Assembly: GCA_050015895.1 (NCBI GenBank)
Contig: JBEKAN010000001.1
Location: forward strand, 1-42,701
Length of the DNA stretch: 42,701 nucleotides
From: Verrucomicrobiota bacterium
GTDB taxonomy: Bacteria; Verrucomicrobiota; Verrucomicrobiia; Limisphaerales; Palsa-1400
Reading direction: 5' to 3'
Part shown: positions 6,501-15,478 of the stretch, in pieces
How positions within the stretch are numbered: the stretch's first letter is position 1
Layout of the letters: each line of letters begins with the position of its first letter
Notes under the pieces: model-generated
Database searches by the model: none
Told to the model about the DNA's origin: nothing
Seen by the model: only the letters and a program-made list of their open reading frames with translations
Program-made: the position numbers and the translations under genes

Positions 6501-9479
6501 ATTCTGGTTGAAGATCCACCCTCCTTCGTCGGGGGCGACAATGAGGTCCCCATCGGAATTGGTTTTTTGGAGCCAGCCGTTGTTGACGAAGACCGGAAGG
6601 GCGTAGTAGCCGGCTTCGAGGCCGTTGTCATAGAGAAAGCCGCTGCTCTGGATGACAAAGGTGGCGTTGTTGTAGATCGCGCTTCCATAGGAAGCGAGGA
6701 TATTGCCCCCGTTCCAATAAACCGCGCCGTTGTTCGTGAGGCTGGCCAGGTAGAGGGTTTTGTCCGCCGAACCGCTGAGGTTAAGCGTCGCGCCGGCGGA
6801 CACGTTGTAAATGCCGACCAATGTCCCGCCCGACCAATTGAAGACCCCGCTGGAGGGAAGGCTGATGGCTCCGCCATTCAGCAGGCCGCCGGAGAAATTG
6901 AGATTGGTGATGAGCATGCCCGCTGTGGTAAGCGCGCCGCCGGACATGTCCAGCCGATAGAGCTGGAGGCTCCCCAATTGGCTATTGTCAGGAGAGTAGC
7001 CAGAGTTGATGATCACCTGCGCATTCGACGTGGGGACACTACCGACGTCCCAGTTGGCCGGTGTGCTCCAGTAATTATTCCAGTTGTCGGGATCGGGGTC
7101 CAGGAAGCTGCCGGCGGTGTAAACATAGACCGGATGATAATTCACCGAAAAACTCGTGATCAGGTCCGAGCTTTCGGGCGGGCATTCATTGTTGGCGACG
7201 ATGACCTCCACCTGATAGCCGGCATTCGGCAGGTCGCTCCCGCTGGGCATCGGGTTGGTCACCAGCCACGCCGCAGTTGTCGCGTTGTAACTCACCCCCA
7301 ACGAGGTGGAAACGGAGCTCCAGCTCGTGCCAGTCCAGTAGAGCACTCCGTCGCCGCTGGTGAACTGATTCAGATAAACCGTCACCGAAGCAACGCCCGT
7401 TTCCAGGTCCAAAGCCGAACCGGACAGAGGCAACAAAGCATTATTGGTAATCACGTCGCGGGAGTGGACCGTGTCCAGCGTGACCACCGGCGTCGTCGTG
7501 TCGGGAGCGGAGCGCGTGACCAGGATTTGGTTGGTAAACAGGTTGCCGGCGACATCCTCCGGGACGACCCACAGGAGGTAGGGGCCGGAACGAGTTTGGC
7601 AGCGGGTGGGCAGAGTCACACCGGTCGCCGGCGCCCAGGTTCCGCCCGAGTTGCTGGCGTCCAGATAGACGGAGGGGTCGTTTCCGTTGGAAATCCACGA
7701 AGAACCGTTCCAGAAAAGATTGTTGACGCCGCTGGGATCATACTGTTGAATCACAAACACCACAAAGGCGCTCGATTCGTTGACGGAGCCGCCGATCTGC
7801 GAAAAGTCGAAAACCACCTCGTTGTTGACCAGCGGGTTGAAATTCGCGAAAAGAGGATTGAACGTGACAGGATCGGAGGCGATGCCATTGGCGACGACCT
7901 GCATGGAAAAGTTATCCAGATGGTTGTAGATGTTCGTGGGCAGCATCGCCTCGGTGGTGACGACCCGGTCGCCCGTCATCACGCTCGTGCTGCTCCAACC
8001 GTAAGTGGTCCCGTAATAGACTTCGCCGGCGGCATTGGTCAACCGGACCAGCGGGTAGTTGCTGTCCATCTGGGCGTCGTCGCCGTAAGCCGCGCCCTGG
8101 GAGATGCCATTGAACCCCGTGCCGATCAGATGCACCGTGCCGTCCGGGTTCCACGAAATATTCTGAAGGTCCGGCTTGCCGGCCGCCAGGGGCGAGGCAT
8201 CGGGCTTGTAAACGAAAAGTTGGCCGCCCCCCAGGCTGTTGGTGCTGCCGTCGGTGAACAGGACGGTGCCGTCCGGCAGGTCGAGCATTCGGTTCGAGTA
8301 AGTCGTTCCCGCGTCGGCAAAGGTGCCGTACGGAGCAAGAATTTCCGTGAACGCGCCGACGGGGCCCGCGCTGTAGTCGTATTCAAAAAAGTAGGTGGGC
8401 GGAATGAAGACGTTGGTCGTTCTGGGCGGGCCCACACCAAAGTACGGAGTGCGAGAAAAAGCACAGAGGATTTTGCCGTTGACCATCATCGCCGCCGGGG
8501 CGTCGGGCGCACCCAGACCGGCCGGAATGTTCGGGCCGGCTGTCCAGGCGCCGGCATTGGTGGTGCCGCTGGGGACATAAATGGCGGTGTTGGAGGTGCT
8601 GCCCAGGTAAAAAGCGTTGCCGTTGGGCAGGAGAAAGGCCGCCCCGCTTTCACCGCCGACCGAATCATAGATGTTCACGGGAACATTGGCGTCGGCGATC
8701 CACTGGTTCAAGGCCGGGATGTAGCGCTCGGAAGTGTTGGTAAAGGAGTCAATTACAAGGATGCTGTCGTCGGGCAGCTTGAGCAGGCTCGCCTCGTCCA
8801 AGTCCACGCCACGATGAAGCGTCGGCCCGAGGGACATGGTGTCCGAGGAGGGATTGAAGAGAACGGTGCTGCCGTAGTAGTAGGGGACAACCGGGGTCAC
8901 CAACACGTCGCCGTTGGACAAAATCACGCTGCCGGAGTCCATGAAGCCCGTGGTGTTTGCGCCCTGCGCGTCAATCGAGTTGGTGGTTGTGAGCAGCCCG
9001 AAGGGCACGGGGATGATGGTCCAGGAATCGTGGAAGGGATCATAAACCTCGGCGTTGGTCGTGCCGTTGCCATACTCGGCGCCGGCGATGAAAACGCGGC
9101 CATCCTGAAGCACATCGGAGGAATAATAAAGCCGGGAGTAGTTCATCGAGGCGCGAGAGGACCAGGTGCCATTGGTGTAACCGCCCGTGCTGTCGGGCGT
9201 GAGCCGATACCAAATGGTGGTCGAGAGATTGCCGCCGCCTTGAGCCATCACGGTGCCGTCGGAGAGAAGCAGCATGGTGCCGATTCCATCCGGAGCCGGC
9301 TGCTGCACATTTAACCAGGTGCCTTCGGCGTTGGCGGGCGGCGGCAACAAGAAACCGCAGAGGGCCAGCGCGGCTCCAATGCGCCGCCAGCCTGGCAGCA
9401 ACCGCGAGCGGATTTTTGGTGTTGTCAACGGAGCAGGGACGCGCGGAGCACCGCGGTCACGGGTTGAGGGACGGATCAT
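3558..9479 (-). CDS. Giant secreted surface protein: beta-propeller (kelch/galactose-oxidase-like blades) + Ig-like domains + repetitive beta-helix region + C-terminal beta-sandwich tail
   Basis: The in-frame ATG at 9479 gives MIRPSTRD...RRIGAALALCGFLLPPPANAEG, a signal-like N-terminus. The ORF-track start at 9806 would run into the helicase gene. There are repeated hydrophobic-DG-x-V blades (LSDGTVMAQGG, QDGRVFIAGAEYG, LPDGTVLFTDG). Five FNW(S/T)GG-led units follow. The tail ends GHFQFSFSG...STNLVDWTSL...GRFYRVLIQP. Confidence 0.85.
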   Translation of the reverse strand: MIRPSTRDRGAPRVPAPLTTPKIRSRLLPGWRRIGAALALCGFLLPPPANAEGTWLNVQQPAPDGIGTMLLLSDGTVMAQGGGNLSTTIWYRLTPDSTGGYTNGTWSSRASMNYSRLYYSSDVLQDGRVFIAGAEYGNGTTNAEVYDPFHDSWTIIPVPFGLLTTTNSIDAQGANTTGFMDSGSVILSNGDVLVTPVVPYYYGSTVLFNPSSDTMSLGPTLHRGVDLDEASLLKLPDDSILVIDSFTNTSERYIPALNQWIADANVPVNIYDSVGGESGAAFLLPNGNAFYLGSTSNTAIYVPSGTTNAGAWTAGPNIPAGLGAPDAPAAMMVNGKILCAFSRTPYFGVGPPRTTNVFIPPTYFFEYDYSAGPVGAFTEILAPYGTFADAGTTYSNRMLDLPDGTVLFTDGSTNSLGGGQLFVYKPDASPLAAGKPDLQNISWNPDGTVHLIGTGFNGISQGAAYGDDAQMDSNYPLVRLTNAAGEVYYGTTYGWSSTSVMTGDRVVTTEAMLPTNIYNHLDNFSMQVVANGIASDPVTFNPLFANFNPLVNNEVVFDFSQIGGSVNESSAFVVFVIQQYDPSGVNNLFWNGSSWISNGNDPSVYLDASNSGGTWAPATGVTLPTRCQTRSGPYLLWVVPEDVAGNLFTNQILVTRSAPDTTTPVVTLDTVHSRDVITNNALLPLSGSALDLETGVASVTVYLNQFTSGDGVLYWTGTSWSSVSTSLGVSYNATTAAWLVTNPMPSGSDLPNAGYQVEVIVANNECPPESSDLITSFSVNYHPVYVYTAGSFLDPDPDNWNNYWSTPANWDVGSVPTSNAQVIINSGYSPDNSQLGSLQLYRLDMSGGALTTAGMLITNLNFSGGLLNGGAISLPSSGVFNWSGGTLVGIYNVSAGATLNLSGSADKTLYLASLTNNGAVYWNGGNILASYGSAIYNNATFVIQSSGFLYDNGLEAGYYALPVFVNNGWLQKTNSDGDLIVAPDEGGWIFNQNGTIDVENGAFSSQSAFNVNGGALFAGPGETRVDAGVVTINGTNMIQLGATVELTAGTVNGTGTFGGSGAFNWSGGVISAVLSLQTNLNFNVTGDGPKTLTLGSLDSAGHGLWTGAGPVVCSYGSLFQNDGAFTVQNDSSFTNNGVEAGYYGQPVFVNTGIFVKTNSANTTLFPPDNGGVAFNNQGAVCVQSGFLALGGGGSDATSTTAAFTVAAGSEIDLTAGDHFFGPGLVKFNGPGLIRLLTAGTLDLGGVFGGGNGVVNLTNGGAFELDAGGNLIGTGTFGGTGTFNWTGGVISAALSLQTNITFNLTGSADKTLFLASLTNNGAAYWNGGNIVASYGSAINNNANFVIQSSGFFYDNGLEAGYYSLPVFVNNGWLQKTNSNGVTIVAPDEGGWTFNQNGTIDVENGVLSSQGAFNVNGGAVFAGPGETRVDAGTLTINGTNMIQLGATVELAAGTLNGTGAFGGSGAFNWSGGVISAVLSLQTNLNFNVTGDGPKTLTLGALDSAAHGLWTGAGAVVCSYGSIFQNDGAFTVQNDSSFTNNGVEAGYYGQPVFVNNGIFVKTNSANTTLFPPDNGGVAFNNQGTVSVQSGFLALGGGGGDATAALTTAAFTAAAGSRIDFNGGAHLFGPGLISFNGPGLIRLLTAGSLSLGGNVVFNNGGAFELDAGGTVNGTGTFGGTGTFNWTGGVIAAALGVQANLTFNLTGSADKTLQFASLTNNSAAYWNGGNIVASCGSAINNNTTFVIQNSGFFYDNGVGAGYYGQPAFINNGTFRKQITTGATVFDSANGGVNFNNLGTVDLQTGTLAVNAGYTLSGSPRLNLALGGPNPGAQFSLETFAGSATLGGILSVVLTNSFIPTNGQSFAILTYGSETGQFASQQLPPLPGNLAWETTYGATAVTLSVVRATLLASPTLLANGHFQFSFSGPSATSALIQGSTNLVDWTSLQTNTPFSGALLFDDPLAAAYSGRFYRVLIQP
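4250..6900. repeat. Intragenic tandem repeat, period about 1191-1206 bp (unit types A-B-A-B-A), roughly 90-95 percent identical by eye
   Basis: FNW(S/T)GG codons recur at about 6838, 6287, 5633, 5081 and 4440. The shadow ORFs 4996-5400 and 6202-6606, and 4333-4617 and 5524-5829, translate to near-identical peptides. Confidence 0.85.
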
Positions 9480-9560
9480 GGTTATTGGTTTGATTTCTGG
9501 CCGGGGGTGAGGACCCGAACAGGTTTGGGCGCGTGGTTGTCCACAAGCGCAACGCAAGTG

Positions 9561-9588
9561 ACTATAACACAACGCGGAGTTTACGCAA
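9561..9588 (-). promoter_or_regulatory. Sigma70-like promoter candidate for the giant gene (TTGCGT-N16-TATAGT on the minus strand)
   Basis: -35 is the reverse complement of 9583-9588 and -10 is the reverse complement of 9561-9566. It lies about 80 nt upstream of the ATG at 9479, in the helicase/giant-gene gap. Confidence 0.3.
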
Positions 9589-9619
9589 GGGGGTGTTTTC
9601 CCCGTACACGACGCCGGGA

Positions 9620-12106
9620 TTAATGGCGGCGCAGGATAAGGCGGTGGTCCACGCGCTTGGTTTGATGATATTCGAGGGGGGGGAGTTGGGTGAGGGTGGG
9701 GGAGACGGTTTCGTGCAAGATGTCCCGCGCCAAATCGCGCAGCTTTTTCCAGCGCGCCCAATCCAGGTCGGGCGCGTGGGCGATGCGGCGCAATAAACTG
9801 CGCCATTCGATGATGATGCGGTCAATGTCGCCCGCGCCCAGAAGTTCGGTGACCCATTGGTGCTTGCTCAAGGGGTCGCGGTGAACGCCGGCCACGACCG
9901 GCCCGGCGCCAGCGCCGTATTTGGGCGGAATCCCATTTTCCAGATAACCGGGGATGGTTTGGGCGCTGTAGGTTTTTTGACAGATTTGCGCCAGACGGCC
10001 CGACCAACGACTGTCCTCGCCGCAAAAGCGGTAGGTGGCGTCCAGGTTGGCGAGGTCGTACACCAATTCTTCGACCGGATAGGTGTCATCCTCCAGCGCG
10101 GCGGCCAGGGCCAGGCCGTCGCCCTGGGAAAAAAAGCCGGCGACGCGCCCGCGCCGCGTTGGCGCGCCGGAGGCCTCGATGAGGCCAAGACGCCGCCAGA
10201 GCAGGGCGACGCCGGTGGCGGTGGGCAGCTCGCGGCAAACGGGAACCAGAGGACATTGGGCGCAGTCCGGCGGCAGGACATCGCGCTCGGGCGGTTTCCA
10301 CAAGGCCACACCGTGGCTATCCACCGGCACACGCAAGGTCAGGCCGGCGATGCTCAGGCAGGCCATGATGCGGGAGGATTCGTCCATCATGCGGACCAAG
10401 GGCATGTTTTGGGCGGCGAGTTTTTGCTCCAGCAAGGGAACGATTTTTTCGGTCCAGACCGCCAGAGGCGCCTGGCGTCCGTTCCAGGAGATCAGGCGGC
10501 GGACCCATTTGTTGAGGAGAACGCGGTGGTCGTTGAGGCGGTCGGCCACGGTGATGGCGCGGCCATAGGTTTTGCCGCGAGCGTCCTCGCCGAGGAGACA
10601 TAATTTGCCCGGGCCGACTTTTTCGAGCGCGGCGGCGTCGCCCAGGACGCTGTGAAAACGCGGCGCGGGATCGCCGGGAGCGGCGGGAGGCATGACCAGG
10701 ATTTCGCGCAGCGGAATGTCGCGTGGCGGCGGGCAATCTTCCCATTCGCCGCGGCTGTTTTGGATTTGACGGACCAGGCGGCGGACATGACGGGCGCGTT
10801 CGGCGTCCATTTTGAGGCCGCACGGGGTCTGCGGATTTTTCATCGCCTGCTCGACACCCAAGGCGACTGGTTTGGTGGTGAAAAGACGCTCCTGCACGCG
10901 CACGGCCTGGAGGAAAGGATCGCCGCCTTGATCGGCGGCGGCGGCCATCAGACCCAGAAGCGCGTTCCAATCCACCAGCCCGGCGCGGGCGAGATGGACG
11001 GGGCGGGCGTCCAGCAGGCGGAGTTGGTTGGCGGTGATGAGGATGAAGCCGGTTTCGTCCAAGCCGCGGCGTCCGGCGCGGCCGAACATTTGCAGGATTT
11101 CATCGGCGCGAAGGAGCTGCTCCTGCTGGTCGCGTTTGTAGGATTCGGCGGCGAGGGCGACGCTGCGCAGGGAGAAGTTGATTCCCGCCGCCAAACCCAT
11201 CGTGGCGACGACGACGCGCAACTGGCCGGCCTTGGCGAGGGGTTCGACGACGCCGGCGCGGGCGGCGTAGCTCAACCCGCTGTGATGAAAAGCGACGCGG
11301 GATTTCAACATTTTGGCGAGGGATGCGCCGGCAAGGGACTTTTGCTCGGCGGTCAGGCTCAGGGGATTTGGCACTGGAAGGACGCGGGCCAGTTCGGAGG
11401 CCATGGATTCGGCGGCCTGGCGGCGCGGGGCGAAGATGAGAATAGGGCCGAGGTCTTCGGCCAAAGCTTTAGCCACCAGGCCCGGCCAATAGCCCTTGAG
11501 GTCCGCGGGAAGATGGTAACTGAGATTGTTGGGGTGGACCTCCTCCAATGGAACGGGGCGCTCCTCGTGGCGGATGAGGACGGCTTGACGACCGAGGCGC
11601 TCGAGCCATTTGACGACTTGCTGGGGATTGGCGACGCTGCCGCTGAGGAGCAGAAGTTGCGTGCGGGGCGGCGCCAGCGCGAGGGCCAGCTCGTAATTCA
11701 AGCCGCGGTCCTCGTCGCCGAGCATTTGGTATTCGTCCACGACGAGCAGGGCCGGGCCGTCGCCGCGGATGAGGCGGTGCTTCTGGGTCTCCAGGGTGGC
11801 GACGAGGACCGGGGCGGAGAGGTTCTCGCTCAGATCGCCGGTGGCGATGCCGACATCCCAGCCGCGCGCGCGCCATTCGGCCAGTTTGTCATTGGCCAGA
11901 GCGCGGGTGGGAACGGTGTAAACGGCCTGGCCGCGGTTTTTTCCCTGATTGGACCAAAGCTCGAAAATCAAGGTCTTGCCCGCGCCGGTCGGGGCCTGGA
12001 CGACAACGTCCCTGCCGTCGCGCAAGGCGGTGACGGCCTGCTGCTGCCAGAGGTCGGGAAGGAGGACGCGCTGGAGGGAGGGGAGATTTTCCAACTTTTG
12101 GGCCAT
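9620..12106 (-). CDS. Ski2-like DEAD/DEAH-box superfamily 2 helicase with a long C-terminal extension
   Basis: ATG at 12106 (MAQKLENL); the track start at 12115 is GTG. Walker A is QAPTGAGKT. Motif II is VVDEYQML. SGS and FHHSGL...VVVATMGLAAGINF are helicase C-domain motifs. About 400 aa C-terminal to the core are unassigned. Confidence 0.85.
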   Translation of the reverse strand: MAQKLENLPSLQRVLLPDLWQQQAVTALRDGRDVVVQAPTGAGKTLIFELWSNQGKNRGQAVYTVPTRALANDKLAEWRARGWDVGIATGDLSENLSAPVLVATLETQKHRLIRGDGPALLVVDEYQMLGDEDRGLNYELALALAPPRTQLLLLSGSVANPQQVVKWLERLGRQAVLIRHEERPVPLEEVHPNNLSYHLPADLKGYWPGLVAKALAEDLGPILIFAPRRQAAESMASELARVLPVPNPLSLTAEQKSLAGASLAKMLKSRVAFHHSGLSYAARAGVVEPLAKAGQLRVVVATMGLAAGINFSLRSVALAAESYKRDQQEQLLRADEILQMFGRAGRRGLDETGFILITANQLRLLDARPVHLARAGLVDWNALLGLMAAAADQGGDPFLQAVRVQERLFTTKPVALGVEQAMKNPQTPCGLKMDAERARHVRRLVRQIQNSRGEWEDCPPPRDIPLREILVMPPAAPGDPAPRFHSVLGDAAALEKVGPGKLCLLGEDARGKTYGRAITVADRLNDHRVLLNKWVRRLISWNGRQAPLAVWTEKIVPLLEQKLAAQNMPLVRMMDESSRIMACLSIAGLTLRVPVDSHGVALWKPPERDVLPPDCAQCPLVPVCRELPTATGVALLWRRLGLIEASGAPTRRGRVAGFFSQGDGLALAAALEDDTYPVEELVYDLANLDATYRFCGEDSRWSGRLAQICQKTYSAQTIPGYLENGIPPKYGAGAGPVVAGVHRDPLSKHQWVTELLGAGDIDRIIIEWRSLLRRIAHAPDLDWARWKKLRDLARDILHETVSPTLTQLPPLEYHQTKRVDHRLILRRH

Positions 12107-12161
12107 TGAGAGCACAAGGAAAGAATAGCCGCAATTTGGTTTTGGGAAACGGGGAATTGTT

Positions 12162-12575
12162 TTATTTTAGGGCCGCCCATGCGTACACCACGGGCAGGTA
12201 GGCGAAGACGATGTTTGTGGCGTGGTAGCCAAGACGCCAGAAGTTGTTTTTCAAGTACGGCCGCACATCGAAGACAAAAGAGGCGACTATCAAGCGCAGC
12301 GTCCAAAACACGGCGAGGAACGCGCACCAGGCGCGAGCCAGACCGCCACCCGCCGCCAGCGTTCCCGCGAAGAGGATCGTGATCAAACCAAAGCCCGCGA
12401 GGCACAGGCCGATGAAGGCATAGTAAACCCAATAAAGCCGGCGGATGAACGGAGGCAAAACGGCGATATGCGCGCGCAGGTTGACCGCCCGGGGCATCAG
12501 CGCCCCCGCGCACATCAGGCCCAAATGGAGCACACCGGCGAATTGGAGAAGCAGAGTCAAGTTAATTGTTTTCAT
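12162..12575 (-). CDS. Small polytopic membrane protein (about 4 TM), function unknown
   Basis: The internal ATG at 12575 (MKTINLTLLLQFAGVLHLGL...) lies 9 nt after the upstream stop. The longer track ORF (to 12794) overlaps the upstream gene. The protein is hydrophobic throughout. Confidence 0.6.
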   Translation of the reverse strand: MKTINLTLLLQFAGVLHLGLMCAGALMPRAVNLRAHIAVLPPFIRRLYWVYYAFIGLCLAGFGLITILFAGTLAAGGGLARAWCAFLAVFWTLRLIVASFVFDVRPYLKNNFWRLGYHATNIVFAYLPVVYAWAALK

Positions 12576-12583
12576 GTTTCCTT

Positions 12584-13915
12584 TCAGATTGCGCCGACGG
12601 CCGAGAGCATCGGCAGAATGACGTTGTTGACGAACCACGGATGAAAAAGCCAGAACGCCGGGCCGGCGGTGACCAGCACTGTGAACAACCAGCCGCGCGC
12701 GCCACGGCCCAAGCCAATGCTCCGGCCCAGGCGCGCGCGCTCCGCCGCCACCCCCAGACCTTGCGCCAGAAAGTAGGCGGTGGGCAAACCGCACCCTCCG
12801 CGCGCCGGCAGGGAAATCACCAATTCATGCACCAAGCCCGACAAACCAAAAACCAGCAAAGTGGCGACGACCGGGCCGGCCGACCGGCAAAGCGGGCGGA
12901 ATGTGAAACGAAACACCAGTTCGTTAAATGCGGTGTTCCACCGCCTGCCCCAAAACTCCGCAAGCGAACCGGCCAAAAGCGGGTTTTGCATCAGGGGCCT
13001 GGCTGTCACTCCGGCCCGCCGCCAGACAATGGACAAAACGTGGAAGAAGCCAAAATGCAGAATGAAAATCAAACCGGTCATCCCAATCCATGCGCCCAGA
13101 ATCGGATGAGCCGGGAACGCGGTTCGGGTGATTCCCCAAAGCAACCCAACGCCGAAGAGGGTTTTCACAATGGCCATCGCCCATTCAACGCCACGCGGTT
13201 TTGCGGGGACGGTTTTTTCGTCGAGAAATTTCTCCGCGTCCATTCCCGGCCAGGCCAGAAGATAGCCGAGCGCGCGCGGCAAATTCGATGACAGCCCGCG
13301 CCTGGTCGCCTGACGGAAAGTCAGCCATTTGCATCCGGTGTAAATCGCGAATGCCATCGCCCACATGAAAAGCCAGGCGGCGAGCCGGCTCCTGAAAAGC
13401 AGAGCCGCCAAAGGCAGAAGGAGCAGCGGCAGAAAATCGAAAGAGCGAAGGCTTTCCTTTTCATCTGTCAAGTTGCGAGTTGCGCAAACGCCGCCGGCGC
13501 AATTGCGCCGACGCGCGACCCAGCGATAACCCCGCCGCGAAAGTGTTCTCACCCCCGGCACCCGGACCAATTGAGGGAGAGGCCAGGCCCACCAGTAGAG
13601 ACGGCTGATTTCAACCAGGGCGTCCGCCCCGCCGAAATTCCTTCCGTCCGGCAACAGGAGCCGCAGTTCCGACAATAACTGCGAATCGGCCAATCCGAGT
13701 TTTGCGCCGACCCAAGGCGTTTGCAGCGGCAGAAGCACGAGACGCCGGCTGGCGAGCAAATGATCAAAGCGTCGGGCGAGATCAGCGCAGAAACGACAGT
13801 CCGCGTCATAGAGCACCCATCCTTGGATTTTCGCCTGGTCTCTATTTCCAGCAGGCAACAAATCCCGTTTCGCGGGTTTCAATATGCCAGAAATATCCTG
13901 GGTGATGCGGCTCAT
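12584..13915 (-). CDS. Fusion protein: N-terminal DCC-family (DUF393) thiol-disulfide oxidoreductase-like domain + C-terminal MBOAT_2/wax-synthase-like membrane acyltransferase domain
   Basis: ATG at 13915. The N-terminus has YDADCRFCADLARRF, the CxxC motif of the DCC family. The C-terminal half has LAEFWGRRWNTAFNELV and GLVHELVISLP, which are MBOAT_2-type motifs with the conserved His, plus multiple TM helices. Confidence 0.8.
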   Translation of the reverse strand: MSRITQDISGILKPAKRDLLPAGNRDQAKIQGWVLYDADCRFCADLARRFDHLLASRRLVLLPLQTPWVGAKLGLADSQLLSELRLLLPDGRNFGGADALVEISRLYWWAWPLPQLVRVPGVRTLSRRGYRWVARRRNCAGGVCATRNLTDEKESLRSFDFLPLLLLPLAALLFRSRLAAWLFMWAMAFAIYTGCKWLTFRQATRRGLSSNLPRALGYLLAWPGMDAEKFLDEKTVPAKPRGVEWAMAIVKTLFGVGLLWGITRTAFPAHPILGAWIGMTGLIFILHFGFFHVLSIVWRRAGVTARPLMQNPLLAGSLAEFWGRRWNTAFNELVFRFTFRPLCRSAGPVVATLLVFGLSGLVHELVISLPARGGCGLPTAYFLAQGLGVAAERARLGRSIGLGRGARGWLFTVLVTAGPAFWLFHPWFVNNVILPMLSAVGAI

Positions 13916-13917
13916 GA

Positions 13918-14871
13918 TTACGAACCTCTCAACGCGTGGCAGCGCAGATCTGAAAAACTAAAGGCGCCGGGTGCCGGCAATCCGCGCCGAATTTGCTCTT
14001 CTGTGAAAGGCAGGCGCGGCGACAGATCGTCCGGCGCCCATTCGCAGGGCGGCAGCGGCTCGACGATCCCTTCGGATAAAATGCGCACTTGCGCCAGCGA
14101 AACCAGTGGCGTCCGCATGGCGCGTTCCAGCGCCCACGCCAGCGCGTAATGGAAAAACAGCGGCAGACGCACCATCACGGGCCGCTTCCCCACCACCCCG
14201 GCCACCCGCCCGACCGCCTGGCGCAACGTCATTTCCTCGGGTCCCAGCACGGCCACCGTCTGCCGCGACATCCGGCCGTCCACCAAGGCGGCGATCAAAA
14301 CTCGAACCAGATCTTCCACCGCCATCGGACGGATCAATTGGTCCTTCATTCCCACAAGCGCAAAAACGGGGAAGGTGTGAAACGCGCGGCTGAGGTGGTC
14401 GAGCATGTGATCCCCCCGCCCGTAAGTCACACCGGGCTTCAATATCGTGTGGTCCAAGCCGGAGCCACGAATGATCTCCTCGGCCGCCCATTTTGACTCG
14501 TGATAGCGCGAGCCGCAGCCGAGACGCGCCCGCAAAAAACTCGTGAAGACAATCTTTCGCACCCCCGCCTTCCGGGCCGCGCCCACCACGTTTTTCGAGC
14601 CGGCCAGATGAACCTTGTCGTAGGTCTGATCGCCGATTTCGCGGTTGATTCCGGCGCAATGCGCCACGGCCTCGCAGCCGGCGAATGCCAGCGCCAATTT
14701 CGCCTCGTCCTCCAGGCCCACCGCCTCGACCCTCGCGCCCGGGGGCGGCGCCGCCGCGCGCTTTTTCCCCGCCGGGCGCGTGACCAGCACAATCTCGTTT
14801 CCGGCCGCCGCCAGCGACTCCGCCAGACGTCCTCCGATAAAACCCAATCCCCCGGTGATGGCAATTTTCAT
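13918..14871 (-). CDS. NAD(P)-binding SDR-family protein (atypical epimerase/dehydratase, NDUFA9-like)
   Basis: ATG at 14871. It has an N-terminal Rossmann motif (MKIAITGGLGFIGGRL). 317 aa. Its stop is 2 nt before the start of the DCC-MBOAT gene. Confidence 0.85.
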   Translation of the reverse strand: MKIAITGGLGFIGGRLAESLAAAGNEIVLVTRPAGKKRAAAPPPGARVEAVGLEDEAKLALAFAGCEAVAHCAGINREIGDQTYDKVHLAGSKNVVGAARKAGVRKIVFTSFLRARLGCGSRYHESKWAAEEIIRGSGLDHTILKPGVTYGRGDHMLDHLSRAFHTFPVFALVGMKDQLIRPMAVEDLVRVLIAALVDGRMSRQTVAVLGPEEMTLRQAVGRVAGVVGKRPVMVRLPLFFHYALAWALERAMRTPLVSLAQVRILSEGIVEPLPPCEWAPDDLSPRLPFTEEQIRRGLPAPGAFSFSDLRCHALRGS

Positions 14872-14928
14872 ATTTCTTCCATTTCAGTTGTTTCAGAATT
14901 AAGAGACATTAATGCGCAAAAAAAATTG

Positions 14929-15459
14929 TTATCGCAGCCGCATGAGTTTCAAGGTCTTGTCCCCCATCCGGGCGAACTTCACAACGGCTTTGGCCGGGAG
15001 ACGCCGGACCTGGCTGTACCATCCGCTCATGGTCTCGAAGAAATCCAGGAGGGCCGCCAGGCGCTCCCGCGTGTGGGGGTCCGCCGCGCCGGGCTTGCCG
15101 GCGTCCGCGACGCATTCGCGCAGGAGGGCCAGAGTGGGGTCCACCTCGCGCTTTTTTCGCTCGTCCAGGACGATGCGGAACAGCTCCCACACGTCCTGGA
15201 CGGACTCATAATGGTCGCGGCGGTCGCCCAGGGCGTGGGTGGCGCGGATGATCCCCCAGCCCTGAAGCTCCCCGAGGCTGGTGCTGACGTTGGAGCGGGC
15301 CACGGAGAGGATTTCCGCGATCTCCTCGGCGTGGAGGGGCCTGGGGGAGAGATAGAGGAGGGCGTGGATTTGCGCGACTGTGCGGTTGATCCCCCATTGC
15401 GTCCCCATCCCGCCCCAGTGGAGGATGAATTTTTGCTGGACCGGCGTCAGTGTTTTCAT
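14929..15459 (-). CDS. GbsR/MarR-type winged-helix transcriptional regulator
   Basis: ATG at 15459, 176 aa. The segment GMGTQWGINRTVAQIHALLYLSPRPLHAEEIAEILSVARSNVSTSLGELQGWGII matches the GbsR-family HTH layout. It is the first gene of the 15459-12162 cluster. Confidence 0.8.
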   Translation of the reverse strand: MKTLTPVQQKFILHWGGMGTQWGINRTVAQIHALLYLSPRPLHAEEIAEILSVARSNVSTSLGELQGWGIIRATHALGDRRDHYESVQDVWELFRIVLDERKKREVDPTLALLRECVADAGKPGAADPHTRERLAALLDFFETMSGWYSQVRRLPAKAVVKFARMGDKTLKLMRLR

Positions 15460-15478
15460 TGTATTCTATTATTTCTGT

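Noticed and set aside
4401-9314. 1637-aa + strand ORF, plus many smaller ORFs on both strands inside the giant gene
   Set aside because: It is antisense to a gene with a clear signal peptide and domain structure. Its translation is Gly/Ala/Arg/Val-rich with no motifs. It is a typical high-GC shadow ORF.
9480-9806. N-terminal extensions in the ORF track. This one belongs to the giant gene; the others are 22441-22830, 23814-24275, 29626-30789 and 12576-12794
   Set aside because: The extensions overlap the preceding gene and translate to Arg/Pro-rich sequence. Internal ATGs give signal peptides, lipoboxes or TM starts, and 4-17-nt coupled overlaps.
9857-12109. + strand ORFs 9857-10603 and 10652-12109 (485 aa), opposite the helicase
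   Set aside because: They are shadow ORFs. The helicase motifs (Walker A, DEYQ, helicase C) are all on the minus strand.
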